Source of the DNA: an uncultured Solirubrobacterales bacterium
Lineage (GTDB): Bacteria; Actinomycetota; Thermoleophilia; Solirubrobacterales; Solirubrobacteraceae
DNA length: 64,000 nt
Reading direction: 5' to 3'
Assembly (NCBI GenBank): GCA_963730055.1
Contig: CAVSQG010000010.1
Coordinates: 42,042-106,041 of the forward strand
Below are positions 1 to 10,238 of this stretch, in pieces. The position numbers and the translations under genes are program-made. The notes below the pieces were generated by a model that saw nothing but the letters and a program-made list of their open reading frames with translations, was not told the origin of the DNA and did no database searches. Numbering within the stretch: position 1 is the first letter of the stretch; each line of letters begins with the position of its first letter.

Positions 1-330
1 TCGGCCGCTGCGGCAAACGGCACACTTCCCGCAGCTCAGGAGCGGCATCACCGACACGCGGTCCCCGGCCGCCACCGAGTCCACCTCGGGTCCGACCTCG
101 ACGACGACCGCGGACAGTTCGTGACCAAGGATCTGGGGGACATGGCCCCCGGTGAGCGGGTGCGGCTCGACGGTCCTCAGCAACGGGCCGTCGGAGTACT
201 CGTGGACGTCGGTGCCGCAGATGCCGCAGATCACCGGCGCAATCAGGACCTCACGCCCGGTCGGGCTGCCCGGTCCTTCGACGTCCTCGTCGCGCAGGTC
301 GCGGGCGCCGTGAAAGCGGAGTACGCGCAC
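1..330 (-). CDS. Zn-dependent MDR alcohol dehydrogenase (butanediol dehydrogenase-like), 5' part, runs off window
   Basis: Manual translation from GTG 330: MRVLRFHGARDL..ICGICGTDVHEY..ILGHELS..CGKCAVC; GHE and Zn-ligand motifs. Confidence 0.9.
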   Translation of the reverse strand, partial: MRVLRFHGARDLRDEDVEGPGSPTGREVLIAPVICGICGTDVHEYSDGPLLRTVEPHPLTGGHVPQILGHELSAVVVEVGPEVDSVAAGDRVSVMPLLSCGKCAVCRSGR

Positions 331-340
331 GGCCGTGTAT

Positions 341-360
341 TCTACCAAGCGCTTGGTAGA
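341..360. promoter_or_regulatory. TetR (KstR2-like) operator, perfect palindrome
   Basis: TCTACCAAGCGCTTGGTAGA between divergent genes; core ACCAAGCGCTTGGT fits KstR2 motif AnCAAGnnCTTGnT. Confidence 0.9.
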
Positions 361-1141
361 AAGCAATCACGACCTTACGCGAGAGATCGCAGTCGTCACC
401 GGTGGCGCGGGTGGGCTTGGCGCGGCCGTGGCGGTCGCGCTCGCGCGCGCCGGCGCGAGCGTGGCGGTCACCGACCTCGACGCCGACGGCGCGTATGCAG
501 TCGCCTCGCAGCTCGAGGGGGACTCACATCTCGGGCTCGAGATCGACGTGCGCTCGACCGCATCGGTGAGAGAGGTGGCCGATGCGGTTTCCGATCGCCT
601 CGGCCCGCCCTCGATCCTGTTCTGCGGCGCCGGCGTCCAGCGCGTCCGCCCAACGCTCGAGCTCACCGACGACGACTGGGACTTCGTCGTCGACATCAAT
701 CTCGGCGGAACCTTCCGCTGTTGCCGGGCCTTCGGAGCGGCGATGGTCGCGCAGGGCCGCGGCGCGATCGTCAACGTCGCGTCGCTGACCGGCGTCGAGT
801 TCGGCGGCGGCGGCCGCGTGCCCTACGGTGCCAGCAAGGGCGGTGTCACGGGGCTGACGCGCGCGCTCGCGATCGAGTGGGCCCCGCACGGGGTGCGGGT
901 GAACGCGGTGGCGCCGGGCATCGTCGCGACGCCGATGGTCCTGGGACTGGCCGCCGACGGCAGCCTCGACCTCGACGACCTCGCCGCGCGCGTGCCGCTC
1001 GGCCGCATCGCGACGCCGGAGGACATTGCCGGCGTCACGCTGATGCTCGTCTCCCCCGCCGGCGAGTACATCATCGGGCAGACGCTGATCGTCGACGGCG
1101 GCCTCTCGAGCTCCGGGCCGCGCGACACAAGCCGCGACTAG
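353..1141 (+). CDS. SDR family oxidoreductase
   Basis: TGGAGGLG, YGASK, VNAVAPG motifs; start uncertain (GTG 335 or TTG 353). Confidence 0.9.
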   Translation: MVESNHDLTREIAVVTGGAGGLGAAVAVALARAGASVAVTDLDADGAYAVASQLEGDSHLGLEIDVRSTASVREVADAVSDRLGPPSILFCGAGVQRVRPTLELTDDDWDFVVDINLGGTFRCCRAFGAAMVAQGRGAIVNVASLTGVEFGGGGRVPYGASKGGVTGLTRALAIEWAPHGVRVNAVAPGIVATPMVLGLAADGSLDLDDLAARVPLGRIATPEDIAGVTLMLVSPAGEYIIGQTLIVDGGLSSSGPRDTSRD

Positions 1142-1177
1142 ACCCGCGGTGCACGCCGGCCCCGGCGCCTCGGGCCT

Positions 1178-1291
1178 GGTCATAACCGCACACTCGACAC
1201 CCCGCCGGCGGTGAATGTGGATTCAGGCACGAATACGGGTCATATGGACTCACTCGACGACGGTGGCCGGTCGAGTGTGTGGATGTGACCC
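1178..1291. repeat. REP/MITE-like imperfect inverted and direct repeat between convergent genes
   Basis: GGTCATAACCGCACACTCGAC (1178-1198) and GGTCATATGGACTCACTCGAC (1238-1258), inverted copy GTCGAGTGTGTGGATGTGACC (1270-1290). Confidence 0.6.
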
Positions 1292-1314
1292 ACCGGCGGC
1301 GGTCCGCCGTGGCC

Positions 1315-2467
1315 CTACCGAAGCCCGGTCGCGCCCTCGGCGATCAACGACCGATGCAACTCGTTGTTGCCTTCGACGATCTGGAAGACCTTGGCGTCGC
1401 GCAGGTACCGCCCGACCGGGTACTCGTCGGAGACCCCGTAGGCGCCGTGGATCTGGAACGCCGCCAGCGCCGCGTTCATTGCGGCGTCGCTCGCGAACTG
1501 CTTGGCCATCGACGCCTCCGCCCGCGCGCGCAGGCCGCGGTCCTTGAGATCGGCCAACCGCAGCACGAGCAGCCGGGCCGCGTCGGTGGTCGGTGATCGA
1601 GTCCGCGATCATCTTCTGGACCATCTGGAACCGCGCGATCGGCTGGCGGAACACCACGCGCTCGCGCGCGTAGTCGACCATCACGTCGACGCAGGCCTGC
1701 GATAGCCCGGTGGCGCGCGCCGCGACGCCGAGGCGGCCGTTCTCGACCGCGTTCATCGCGACTCCGAAGCCGCGGCCCTCTTCGCCGACGAGCGCCGACG
1801 CCGGCACCCGGACGTCCTCGAGCACGAGCTCGCCGGTCTTGATCGGGCGGAAGCCGAACTTGTTGCTGACCGGGTGGACCGACACGCCCGGCAGGTCGCG
1901 GTCGACGATGAACGCGCAGACGCGCTTGCGCCCGGTGCTTTCGTCGACCCCCATGTGGGCGAACGTCAGGAACCACTCGGCCACGTCGAGGAACGAGATC
2001 CACATCTTCGCGCCGTTGATCACGTAGTCGCCGCCGTCCTTGCGGCAGCTCGTGTCCATGTCGGACACGTCCGTGCCCGAGCGGGCCTCGGTCACGCCGG
2101 CGGCGCCGAAGATCTCGCCGCGCGCGAGCGGCGCGAGGTAGCGCTGCTTCTGCTCCTCGGTTCCGTAGACCTGAATCGAGCTGCCGACGAGCCCGCTCGG
2201 CAGCGACATCGCAACGCCGACGACGTGACACACGCGCGAGACCTCGTCGACGACCATCGCGTACGTCTTGAAGTCCAGGCCGGCGCCGCCGTACTCGGTC
2301 GGCACGACGCCTCCGAGCAGACCGAGCTCGGCGGCGTGACGGATGATCTCGATCGGGAACCGCTCGTCACGGTCGTAGTCGGCCACGTGCGGCGCGATCT
2401 CGCGCCGGGCGAAGTCACGCGCGAGTGCGACGAGATCCTGCTGCTCCGTGGTCAACGAGAAATCCAC
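1315..2467 (-). CDS. acyl-CoA dehydrogenase (frameshift near 1590)
   Basis: MDFSLTTEQ, TEARSGTD, NGAKMWIS; C-terminus HGAYG..RDAKVFQIVEGNNE in second frame. Confidence 0.92.
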
Positions 2468-2484
2468 GCGGGCAATGTAGCACC

Positions 2485-2504
2485 TCTACCAATCATTTGG
2501 TAGA
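2485..2504. promoter_or_regulatory. operator overlapping a bidirectional leaderless promoter
   Basis: TCTACCAATCATTTGGTAGA; TAGAAT 6 nt before GTG 2513 (+) and TACATT 6 nt before GTG 2467 (-). Confidence 0.88.
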
Positions 2505-2512
2505 ATCGCGCC

Positions 2513-3611
2513 GTGGCCGCTGGCACCGACACCTGGATCGTTGGCTTGGGCGAGGCGCGGACCGCGGCCCGCCGCGACGACGTGAGCATCACCGAGCTCG
2601 CCTGGGAAGCGGTCGAGCCCGCGCTGCAACGACGCGAACACGTCGCTCCCCGAGATCGAGGGCGCGGTCACCGCCAGCCAGGACTTCTGGGACGGGCGCA
2701 CGATCTCGAGCATGAGCGTCAACGAGCTCGTCGGCGGCGTGTTCGGCTCCGAGGCGAAGGTCGCGTCCGACGCCTGCCTGGGCCTCGGGTACGCGCTCGC
2801 GCGGATGGAGGACGAGGACCAGCATCTGAACCTCGTCGCTCGCGCACGCGAAGGAGTCCCAGGGCGACATCCACACGATCGAGCTCGCCGCGTTCGATCC
2901 GTATTTCCAGCGCGCGCTCGACCCGGACGACACCGTCGTGGCCGCCTTCCAGGCCCAGCTTCTCTACGCGCAGGGACGGTTCGAGCCGTCCCACTCCGCG
3001 CGCGTCGTCGCGGCCGCCCGCGCCCGATCGACCGCGCTCGACCCGGTCACCGCCCAGGACGTGCTCGACTCGCCGCCGACCGCCGACCCGCTCCGCGAGC
3101 TCGACCGCGCGCCGCTGCTCGACTGCGCCTCCGCGCTCGTGCTCGCCGACGGCGACAACGCGCGCCGGCTCGGGCGCACGGGCGTCCGGATCGTCGCCAC
3201 CGCATCGCGGACCGCCGCCTACTGGAGCCAGCGTCCCGACCTTCACATCGCCCCGCAGGCCCGCGCCGCCGCCGAGGACGCGCTGTCGATCGCGGGCTGG
3301 GAGCTGTCCGACGCTCGACGCGGTCGAGATCAACGCGCCGTACGCCCACCAGCACCTGATCGTCGCCGAAGCGCTCGGACTCGGGATCCGGCGAGGACCT
3401 GGTCAAGCGGTTCGAGGGCGACAACGGAGGGCCGACCGTGAACGCGTCAGGCGGATGGCTCGGCGGAAGCGCCGGCAGCGTCGCCGGCCTCCACGCGGTC
3501 GTCTCGGTCGCGCAGCGGCTGCGCGAAAGCGGCGGGCGGGCGCTGGTGCACGCGACGACCGGCATCGGCTGCCAGAGCCACCACATCGTCCTTCTGGAGG
3601 CCGCATCATGA
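2513..3611 (+). CDS. thiolase-fold protein, Ltp4-like (several frameshifts)
   Basis: Joined frames give SQDFWDGRTISSMSVNE, DCASALVLA, DAVEINAPYAHQ, NASGG; no catalytic Cys; ATGA overlap with next gene. Confidence 0.75.
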
Positions 3612-4794
3612 CCCCTGTCCGGACCGCGGTCGTCGCCACCGGCCAGAGCGATCACGGCCGTCGCTTCGACGCCTCGATGGGCGAGATCGCCCGCGAGGCG
3701 ATCGACCGCTGCCTCGGCTCCCGCGGCCTCACGTTCGACGACATCGACGCCGTCGTCGCGGGCAACATGGAGATGTTCGAGGGGATCTACCTCGTCGACC
3801 AGTACCTCGTCGGCGCGCTCGGGGCGCTCGACAAGCCGCTGTACAAGCTCAACACCGGCGGCACGGTCGGGGCGAGCGCCGCTCTGGCCTGCTACCACCT
3901 GGTCGCCTCGGGCCGGCACAAGCGCGTGCTCGGGGTCGGCTTCCAGAAGCAGACCGAAGGGTCGACGCAGTCGGCGATCACGACCGTCGGCGACCCGGTC
4001 TGGGAGCGCGCGGTGATGGCCGGGGCGATCGGGAACTTCGCGACGATGGCGTCGACGTACATCGCCGAGAGCGGCGTCACGCCCGAGCAGGCGGCCAAGG
4101 TCGCGGTCAAGGCACGGCGCAACGCGTGCCTGCAACCCGCACGCGCACCTGAAGCTCCCGAACATCACGGTCGAGGAGGTGCTCGAGTCCGAGATGCTCG
4201 CGTACCCGATCCATCGCCTCGACTTCTGCCCGTCGTCCGACGGCGCGTGCGCGGTCGTGATGGCCGCCGAGTCGGTCGCCGCCGACCTACGCCGAGCACC
4301 CCGCCTGGGTCCACGCGGTGGCGACCTCGCACGACCAGCAGTACATGGGCGACAGCCCCAAGCGGCTGGCCGTGATGCGCTCGCTCCAGGCCGCGACCAA
4401 GAAGGCTTACAAGCTCGCCGGGGTCACCGATCCACGGCACGACTTCGACGTGGCCGAGCTGTACGAGCCCGCCTCGTACGCCGAGCTCGCCTGGTACGAG
4501 AACGTCGGCTTCTGCCCGATGGGCGGCGGCGGCAAGCTGATCGACGAGGGCGTCACGCTGATCGACGGCGATCTGCCGGTGAACCCGTCGGGCGGCGTGC
4601 TCTCGACCAACCCGGTCGGCGCCACCGCGATGATCCGCGTGGCCGAGGCCGCCAATCAGGTGATGGGCGAGGCCGGCGAGCACCAGATCCCGGGCGTGCG
4701 GCGAGCGCTCGCCACCGGCTACGGCGGCAACGCGTGGACGGACGTCATGATCCTGTCGCGCGAGCTTCCGGCGACCGCGGAGGTGAGTGCCTGA
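3608..4794 (+). CDS. thiolase-fold protein, Ltp3-like aldol-lyase (frameshifts near 4130 and 4290)
   Basis: TFDDIDAVV, NTGGTVG, CPSSDGACAVV, VNPSGGVLSTNPVGATAMIRVAEAA, GYGG as in mycobacterial Ltp3. Confidence 0.85.
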
Positions 4795-5282
4795 TGAGCA
4801 CGCACCAGGCAGCGGCTTTCAACCGCGAGCAGGCGATCCGGATCGAGCAGCAGATCACGCTCCAGTACCGGTTCGCCGCCGGGCACCACGCGACCCGCTT
4901 CTTCACCGCGCTCCGCGACGAGGGCAAGATCCTCGCCACGCGCGACGCGAAGGGCAACGTGATGGTCCCGCCACGCCCGGTGTGCGGGCTGTCGGGGCTG
5001 CCGATGACCGAGTGGGTCGAGGTCGGACCGGACGGCGTGCTCGCCGGATGCACGATCGTCTACGTCCCGTTCATCGACCCGATGACCGGCGTTCAGCGGC
5101 CCGTTCCGTACGGGTTCGGCCTGGTCCGTTTCACCGGCGCCGACACCTCGATCTACCACCTGCTCGATGCCACCGAGCCCGAGCAGATCGGCGTCGGCAA
5201 GCGCGTCGAGGCGGTATTCAGGCCTCGCGAGGAGCGGACCGGGAGCCTCGCGGACATCAAGCACTTCCGGATGGTGGACTGA
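4794..5282 (+). CDS. DUF35 Zn-ribbon/OB-fold protein
   Basis: MVPPRPVC, EWVEVGPDG, VPYGFGLV, RVEAVF..ERTGSLADIKHF. Confidence 0.85.
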   Translation: MSTHQAAAFNREQAIRIEQQITLQYRFAAGHHATRFFTALRDEGKILATRDAKGNVMVPPRPVCGLSGLPMTEWVEVGPDGVLAGCTIVYVPFIDPMTGVQRPVPYGFGLVRFTGADTSIYHLLDATEPEQIGVGKRVEAVFRPREERTGSLADIKHFRMVD

Positions 5283-5701
5283 TGAACGAGCTCGTCTTCG
5301 ATCAGAAGATCGACCTCCCATACGTCTACACCGCCGGCGCCGTACAACGTGACGCGCTGAACGGGCTGCGCGAGGGGCAGCTGATCGCCTCCGAGGGCGG
5401 CGGGTACGTGTCCGTGCCCGCGTCGCCGTTCGCGCCCGACGGGACGCATCTGCGCGAGACCCGCGAGATCGCGCCTGAGGGCGTGATCGAGGCCTGTACG
5501 GTGGCGCATCACCTTCCCGGAGCACCGGCGTTCGGGCTGATCCGTCTCGACGGAGCGAGCCACGGGCTGCTGCACCATCTCGCCGACGGAGCCGAGACCC
5601 TCGGGCCTGGCGCGCGCGTGCGGGCGATCTGGCGCGAGGAGCGGACCGGCTCGATCACGGACGTCGCCCACTTCGCGCCGGCGACCGATCCGGGCTCGTG
5701 A
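5282..5701 (+). CDS. DUF35 OB-fold protein, paralogue of previous gene
   Basis: AFGLIRLDGA, RVRAIWREERTGSITDVAHF; TGATG coupling. Confidence 0.82.
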   Translation: MNELVFDQKIDLPYVYTAGAVQRDALNGLREGQLIASEGGGYVSVPASPFAPDGTHLRETREIAPEGVIEACTVAHHLPGAPAFGLIRLDGASHGLLHHLADGAETLGPGARVRAIWREERTGSITDVAHFAPATDPGS

Positions 5702-6126
5702 GCGCCGGCGAGGACGGTCACGGGGTGCGCGGGTTCGCGCACGTAGGGATCATCGTCCCGGAGCTCGAGTCCGCGGCCAAGCTGTTCCGCGAACGTCTCG
5801 GCGCCGACGTGCAGGGCCCCGAGCCTGAGCCCGAGCTCGGCCTGAACATTCTGTGGGTACGCGTGGGCGGCGTGCTGCTCGAGTTCGTCGCGCCGGCCGG
5901 GGAGGACTCGCGCGCCGCGGCGGCCGTCGCGCGCGGCGAGACCGGGGTCCACCACGTGGCGATCGAGGTCGAGGGCCTCGACTCGCTGCTCGAAGAGCTG
6001 AGCGCGGCCGGTGTCCCCGTCCGCGACGCCACGCCCCGCCCGGGCTCGCACGGCAGCCGCATCTCGTTTCTCGATCCCGCCGCCAGCGGCGGCGCGTTGA
6101 TCGAGCTGATGGAGCACCCGGAATGA
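5698..6126 (+). CDS. VOC family, methylmalonyl-CoA epimerase-like
   Basis: HVGIIV, LEFVAP, GVHHVAIEV, PRPGSHG, GALIELME. Confidence 0.85.
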   Translation: MSAGEDGHGVRGFAHVGIIVPELESAAKLFRERLGADVQGPEPEPELGLNILWVRVGGVLLEFVAPAGEDSRAAAAVARGETGVHHVAIEVEGLDSLLEELSAAGVPVRDATPRPGSHGSRISFLDPAASGGALIELMEHPE

Positions 6127-6147
6127 CCAGCACCGAGGAGACCGAAA

Positions 6148-6627
6148 ATGCCTGAGTTGCGATTCGACCACGTGGCGATGCTCGTCGAGGACCTCGACGC
6201 ATCGGTTGAGAAATGGCGCACGCTGTTGGAGGTGCTCGATCCTGAGCAGGCCAGCGAGGTGGTCTGGGGCGAGGGCGAGGAGAACGGCGAGAAGATGCGC
6301 TGGGCGACTTTCGTCAAGCCGGGCGGCACCGCGATCCAGCTGTTCGCGCCCGCCGGCGATGGCTTCCTCAAGAAGGTGCTCGGCAAGCGCGGCGAGATCG
6401 TCCATCACGTGGCGTTCCTGTCGAGCGACGTCGACGCGACCGTCGACGAGCTCCGCGCGAAGGGCTTCCCGATCCTCCAGGACGAGCAGACCGGGCCGGA
6501 TAGCTATCCCTGGCTGCGCTGGAACTTCGTCCCGAACGACTGGTCTGGGGGCGTGCTCGTCGAGGTGGCGCAGCGCTATCAGGTCAGCGACGGCAAGTGG
6601 GCGCCGGTCGAGGGCGACCCTCAGTAA
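6148..6627 (+). CDS. VOC family, methylmalonyl-CoA epimerase-like
   Basis: FDHVAMLV, IQLFAP, VHHVAF, GGVLVEVAQ. Confidence 0.85.
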   Translation: MPELRFDHVAMLVEDLDASVEKWRTLLEVLDPEQASEVVWGEGEENGEKMRWATFVKPGGTAIQLFAPAGDGFLKKVLGKRGEIVHHVAFLSSDVDATVDELRAKGFPILQDEQTGPDSYPWLRWNFVPNDWSGGVLVEVAQRYQVSDGKWAPVEGDPQ

Positions 6628-6631
6628 GAGG

Positions 6632-7684
6632 TCATCTCCCGCCGGCCAGCCACCGGCGGATTCCATCGTCATCGTCGATCGAGCGCGCGAGCCCGCGCAT
6701 CTCGAGATGCTCGAGGACCGACAACGACTCAGCCATGCTCCGCTGCCACCAGCCGGCGTCCGCATCGACTGGCGTCATCGTGGCGGCGATCTCCCAGCCG
6801 CTCAGCGGCGACTTGCCGATAGCGGACGTCACCGACCGGGCCTTGGCGAGCGCCTTCTCGCGGCACCGGCGGAGAAATGCGACGCCATCGCCGATCGGCC
6901 GTCCATGGCCGGCGAGAACAACGTCGGGCTCGAGCGCGACCGCGCGGTCGAGCGATGCGACCTGATCCGCGTGTGGGTCGGGCCGGGTGCCGTATTCGAG
7001 ATAGGCCGCGGGACCGGGCAGCGCCAGGTCCGCGCTGATCAGGTGGCGGTTTCGTCGATTCCACAGAGCGATCTGATCTCCGCTGTGCCCTGGAACCGGG
7101 AGCACGTGCCACGGGCCGGACAGCGAGTCGATCTCCTCACCGACGGCGAGGATCCGGTCGGGCTCGGCAGCCGGATACGCGCCGTCGTCACCGGGGAGAT
7201 CGTCGACGAACCGGTCGAGCGCGGGTGCCGGAATCCCCTCTCTGCGGCCCGACGCCCGGCGCACCTCGAGCGGAATGCTCGGGTCGCGCAGGATGTCGAG
7301 GGTCGGATGAGGCGCCGGCCCCATGGCCAGCGTGCAACCCGTGTGGCGGACGACGTCGGCGGCGAGTCCACGATGGTCGGCGTGCGAGTGCGTGACCACG
7401 AGCATCGCCAGGTCCGCGGGATCGGCGCCGGCCTGCCGCAGCGCGACCTCCATCGCCGCCCACCCGGGAGGCAGGCACGAGCCGCAATCCACGAGGATCC
7501 AGCCCTCTCGACCAGCCAGCAGGTAGGCGTTGGTCGAGGACACCGAGACGTAGCAGAGCGGAAGCTGGAGGCCCCATACTCCGTCCGAGATCGCGTGGGC
7601 ACGCGCATCGGACGCGTCCCGCGCGAGGCGGCCGCCGCCCGAGGCTGGTACCACTACGGACGGGTCTTCAGCAGCGCGCGCCAT
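6632..7684 (-). CDS. MBL-fold metallo-hydrolase with C-terminal helical/wHTH-like domain
   Basis: NAYLL, LVDCG, THSHADH, PGHS, SADL, LAGHG. Confidence 0.88.
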   Translation of the reverse strand: MARAAEDPSVVVPASGGGRLARDASDARAHAISDGVWGLQLPLCYVSVSSTNAYLLAGREGWILVDCGSCLPPGWAAMEVALRQAGADPADLAMLVVTHSHADHRGLAADVVRHTGCTLAMGPAPHPTLDILRDPSIPLEVRRASGRREGIPAPALDRFVDDLPGDDGAYPAAEPDRILAVGEEIDSLSGPWHVLPVPGHSGDQIALWNRRNRHLISADLALPGPAAYLEYGTRPDPHADQVASLDRAVALEPDVVLAGHGRPIGDGVAFLRRCREKALAKARSVTSAIGKSPLSGWEIAATMTPVDADAGWWQRSMAESLSVLEHLEMRGLARSIDDDDGIRRWLAGGR

Positions 7685-7717
7685 CGGGGGTCATCTTCCA
7701 CGAATAAACAGTATCAT

Positions 7718-7737
7718 TCGACCAATCGTTTGGTAGT
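7718..7737. promoter_or_regulatory. operator
   Basis: TCGACCAATCGTTTGGTAGT in divergent intergenic region. Confidence 0.85.
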
Positions 7738-7785
7738 ACGCCCCCGGCCGTCCACAAACAGGAGAGCGCCATCGCCGTTCCGACC

Positions 7786-8550
7786 GTGTCGCTGCAACAA
7801 CTCGCCGAACACGTCCCCGACGGTGCGGTCGTCGGTCTCGGCGGCGCCGGTCTGCAACGCAAGCCGATGGCGGCCGCGCGCGCGTTGGCGGAGGCCGGTC
7901 GGCGAGACCTGACCCTGGTCTCGTTTCTCGGTTCGCTCGACGTCGAGCTGCTGCTCGCGACGGGCTGCCTCCGTGCGCTCCACAGCGCCGGAGTCGCGCT
8001 CGACGGCGCCGGCCTCGCCCCGCGTTATCGAGCCGGCCGTCAGGACCGGACGTTCGAGTTCGTCGAGTGGTCGGAGGGAACGCTGCTGTGCGCGCTCCAG
8101 GCAACCGCGCGCGGAGTCCCGTCTCTCCCGACGTGGATGGCGCTCGACACCGATCTGCCGGAACTCAACCTGAACGTCCGCGAGACGACCGATCCGTTCA
8201 CGGGCGACCGGGTCATGCAGGTGCGCGCGCTGGCGCTTGATGTGGCGATCCTCCACGTGCCCGGCATCGACGCGCGGGGGAACGCCTACGTCGAGGGAGA
8301 CCTCGCGATGGACGGCGCGCTCGCTCGCGCGGCCAAGCGAACCTACGTGTGCTACGAGCGGCGGGTCGACGAGGACCCGCGTCGGGCGGTGCTGTCTCGC
8401 ATGTGGATCGACGGACTCGCTCACGTGCCGCATGGCGCCTGGCCGACGGGCTGTCATCCGGACTACGGCGCGGATCTCGGCACGGTCTCGCGGTGGGCCG
8501 CCGCGGGACCGGACGCCGGCATCGAACTGCTCACGGAGGCCGTGCGTTGA
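7786..8550 (+). CDS. class I CoA-transferase alpha subunit, IpdA-like
   Basis: GLGG..RKPMA, EWSEG, DPFTG, DARGNA, GAWPTGCHPDY. Confidence 0.85.
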   Translation: MSLQQLAEHVPDGAVVGLGGAGLQRKPMAAARALAEAGRRDLTLVSFLGSLDVELLLATGCLRALHSAGVALDGAGLAPRYRAGRQDRTFEFVEWSEGTLLCALQATARGVPSLPTWMALDTDLPELNLNVRETTDPFTGDRVMQVRALALDVAILHVPGIDARGNAYVEGDLAMDGALARAAKRTYVCYERRVDEDPRRAVLSRMWIDGLAHVPHGAWPTGCHPDYGADLGTVSRWAAAGPDAGIELLTEAVR

Positions 8551-9330
8551 GCGTCCACGTCGGCGATCTGCTCACCGCGGCGCTCGCCCGGGAGATCACT
8601 GAGTCCGGCATCAGCGTGTACGCGGTCACCTCCCCGGCCAGCGTGGCCGCGGCGCTGGCCGCGCGCGAGCTCGGGGCCACCGACCTGGCGATCGCCACCG
8701 GCTTCACCGCCCTCGACGCCCAGCCGATGCCGGCCGTCACCCTCGGCGAAGCGGCGCTGTTCACCACCGGTGCGGCACTCGCTCGACGACCCCTTCGACA
8801 CTTTTGTCCTGCTCGCCCGTGGACGCGTCGGCGTCGCGGTGACGCCCGCTCAGCTCGACGCCGCGGGACGCACAAACCTGTCAGGCGCGGGACCGCCCGG
8901 CAGGCCCAAGGTGGCGCTCCCGGGAGCCCGTGGCCTCCCCGACAACAACGCCGGCCCTTCGCGTGTGTGGTACGTCCTGCCCGCGCACAGCCCGCGGCAG
9001 CTGGTCGACCGTGTCGACGTGGTCTGCGGCGCCGCCCCGCCGGCCACCTCGGTGCGCCGGCTGCTCACGCCCGCCGGCTGCTTCGAGCTGCGCGTCGACG
9101 GGTGGCAGGCCCTGTGGCTGACCGAGAACGGCGAGGAGCTCATCGCCGGGACGCCCGGCCTGGGGATCCACGTGACCGGAACCGAACCGATCGTGACCGA
9201 GCCCGAGGCGGACGCACTGGCCGCCCTCGTGCGGGTCGACCCGCACGAGGTGCGGCTGATGGAGTTCAGCGGCGGTGCCGAGGCCGCTGAGCGCTTCGGC
9301 GAGGCCGCCGCGCGCGAATCGGCCGGCTAG
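8547..9330 (+). CDS. CoA-transferase beta subunit, IpdB-like (frameshift near 8775)
   Basis: AQLDAAGRTNLS, PKVALPGARGLPDN, HSPRQLVDRVD. Confidence 0.8.
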
Positions 9331-9335
9331 CTGCG

Positions 9336-9752
9336 TTACCAGTCGATCTTGATCACGGCCGTGCCGCCGAGCGCGGGCCGCCCGTCCGAGGTGGCGCCCA
9401 CCTCGAGCTCGGCGCGCCCGGCGTCCTGGTCGACCGCGGTGACCGTCCCCGTGCACTCGAAGCGCTCGCCCCCGAGGACGTTTCCCAAGAACCGCACCTT
9501 GAGTGACACCAGCCGGTCGGGACCGCCGGCAAATCGCTGCACGAACTCGGTCAACCAGGTTAGGTTCGTCGGGCCCTGGTTGACCGGGTGATCGCCGAGG
9601 CCCAGCTCGCGCGTGACGTTCGTGTCGAAGTGAATCGGGTTGGGATCCTGGAGGATCGCCGCCATCGTCTTCATCGGCTCCGGATCGACCGACTCGATGA
9701 CGAACGGTTCGAGCTGTTGTCCGACCTGTATTTCGCGGCTCGGCACGATCAC
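9336..9752 (-). CDS. MaoC family dehydratase (catalytic-type subunit)
   Basis: QDPNPIHFD hydratase motif, VNQG, VRFLGNV. Confidence 0.88.
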   Translation of the reverse strand: MIVPSREIQVGQQLEPFVIESVDPEPMKTMAAILQDPNPIHFDTNVTRELGLGDHPVNQGPTNLTWLTEFVQRFAGGPDRLVSLKVRFLGNVLGGERFECTGTVTAVDQDAGRAELEVGATSDGRPALGGTAVIKIDW

Positions 9753-10183
9753 TCCCCTTCCGAGCGCGGGAAGATCCACGAGTTGGTGCAGACCACGGTC
9801 ATGTCCTCGGCACCCGCCTCGCGGACCTTCACCTGGAAAGTGAACTTGTCGAACACGCCCGCGCGCCGGCCGCTCTTGCGCTCCACCTCGATCACCTCAG
9901 CTTCGCACTCGTATGTGGCACCCGGCCGCAGGACGCCGTGGTAGTCGACCTGGAACTCGCCGAACACGACACCGCTGTCGGCGGTCGCGTCCATCAGGTC
10001 GAAGATCTCCTGGATGCTCACGCCGGCACCGCGGAGCGCGACCAGGTAGGCGAGCCCTTGATGGGCCACGGCCCAGTCGGGCTCGAGCTTGGCCGCGTCC
10101 GCCCACAGCCAGCACAACCACGGCGGAAGCGTGTACGTGCCCCCGGGAAAGCGATGCCCGGTGAGATGTCCATAGTCGCTCAT
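9749..10183 (-). CDS. hot-dog fold partner protein (MaoC N-terminal/FAS1 dehydratase-like)
   Basis: FPGGTYT, VFGEFQVDYHGVLRPG, VERKSGRRAGVFD. Confidence 0.75.
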   Translation of the reverse strand: MSDYGHLTGHRFPGGTYTLPPWLCWLWADAAKLEPDWAVAHQGLAYLVALRGAGVSIQEIFDLMDATADSGVVFGEFQVDYHGVLRPGATYECEAEVIEVERKSGRRAGVFDKFTFQVKVREAGAEDMTVVCTNSWIFPRSEGE

Positions 10184-10195
10184 CGTGTCAGGTAG

Positions 10196-10215
10196 CCTAC
10201 CTAATGTTTGGTCGA
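10196..10215. promoter_or_regulatory. operator
   Basis: CCTACCTAATGTTTGGTCGA, 13 nt upstream of ATG 10183. Confidence 0.8.
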
Positions 10216-10238
10216 ATTGACAGGTCGATCCGGGGCGA

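Noticed and set aside
2513-4794. Programmed ribosomal frameshifting
   Set aside because: No shared slippery sequence; shifts are numerous and scattered across unrelated genes
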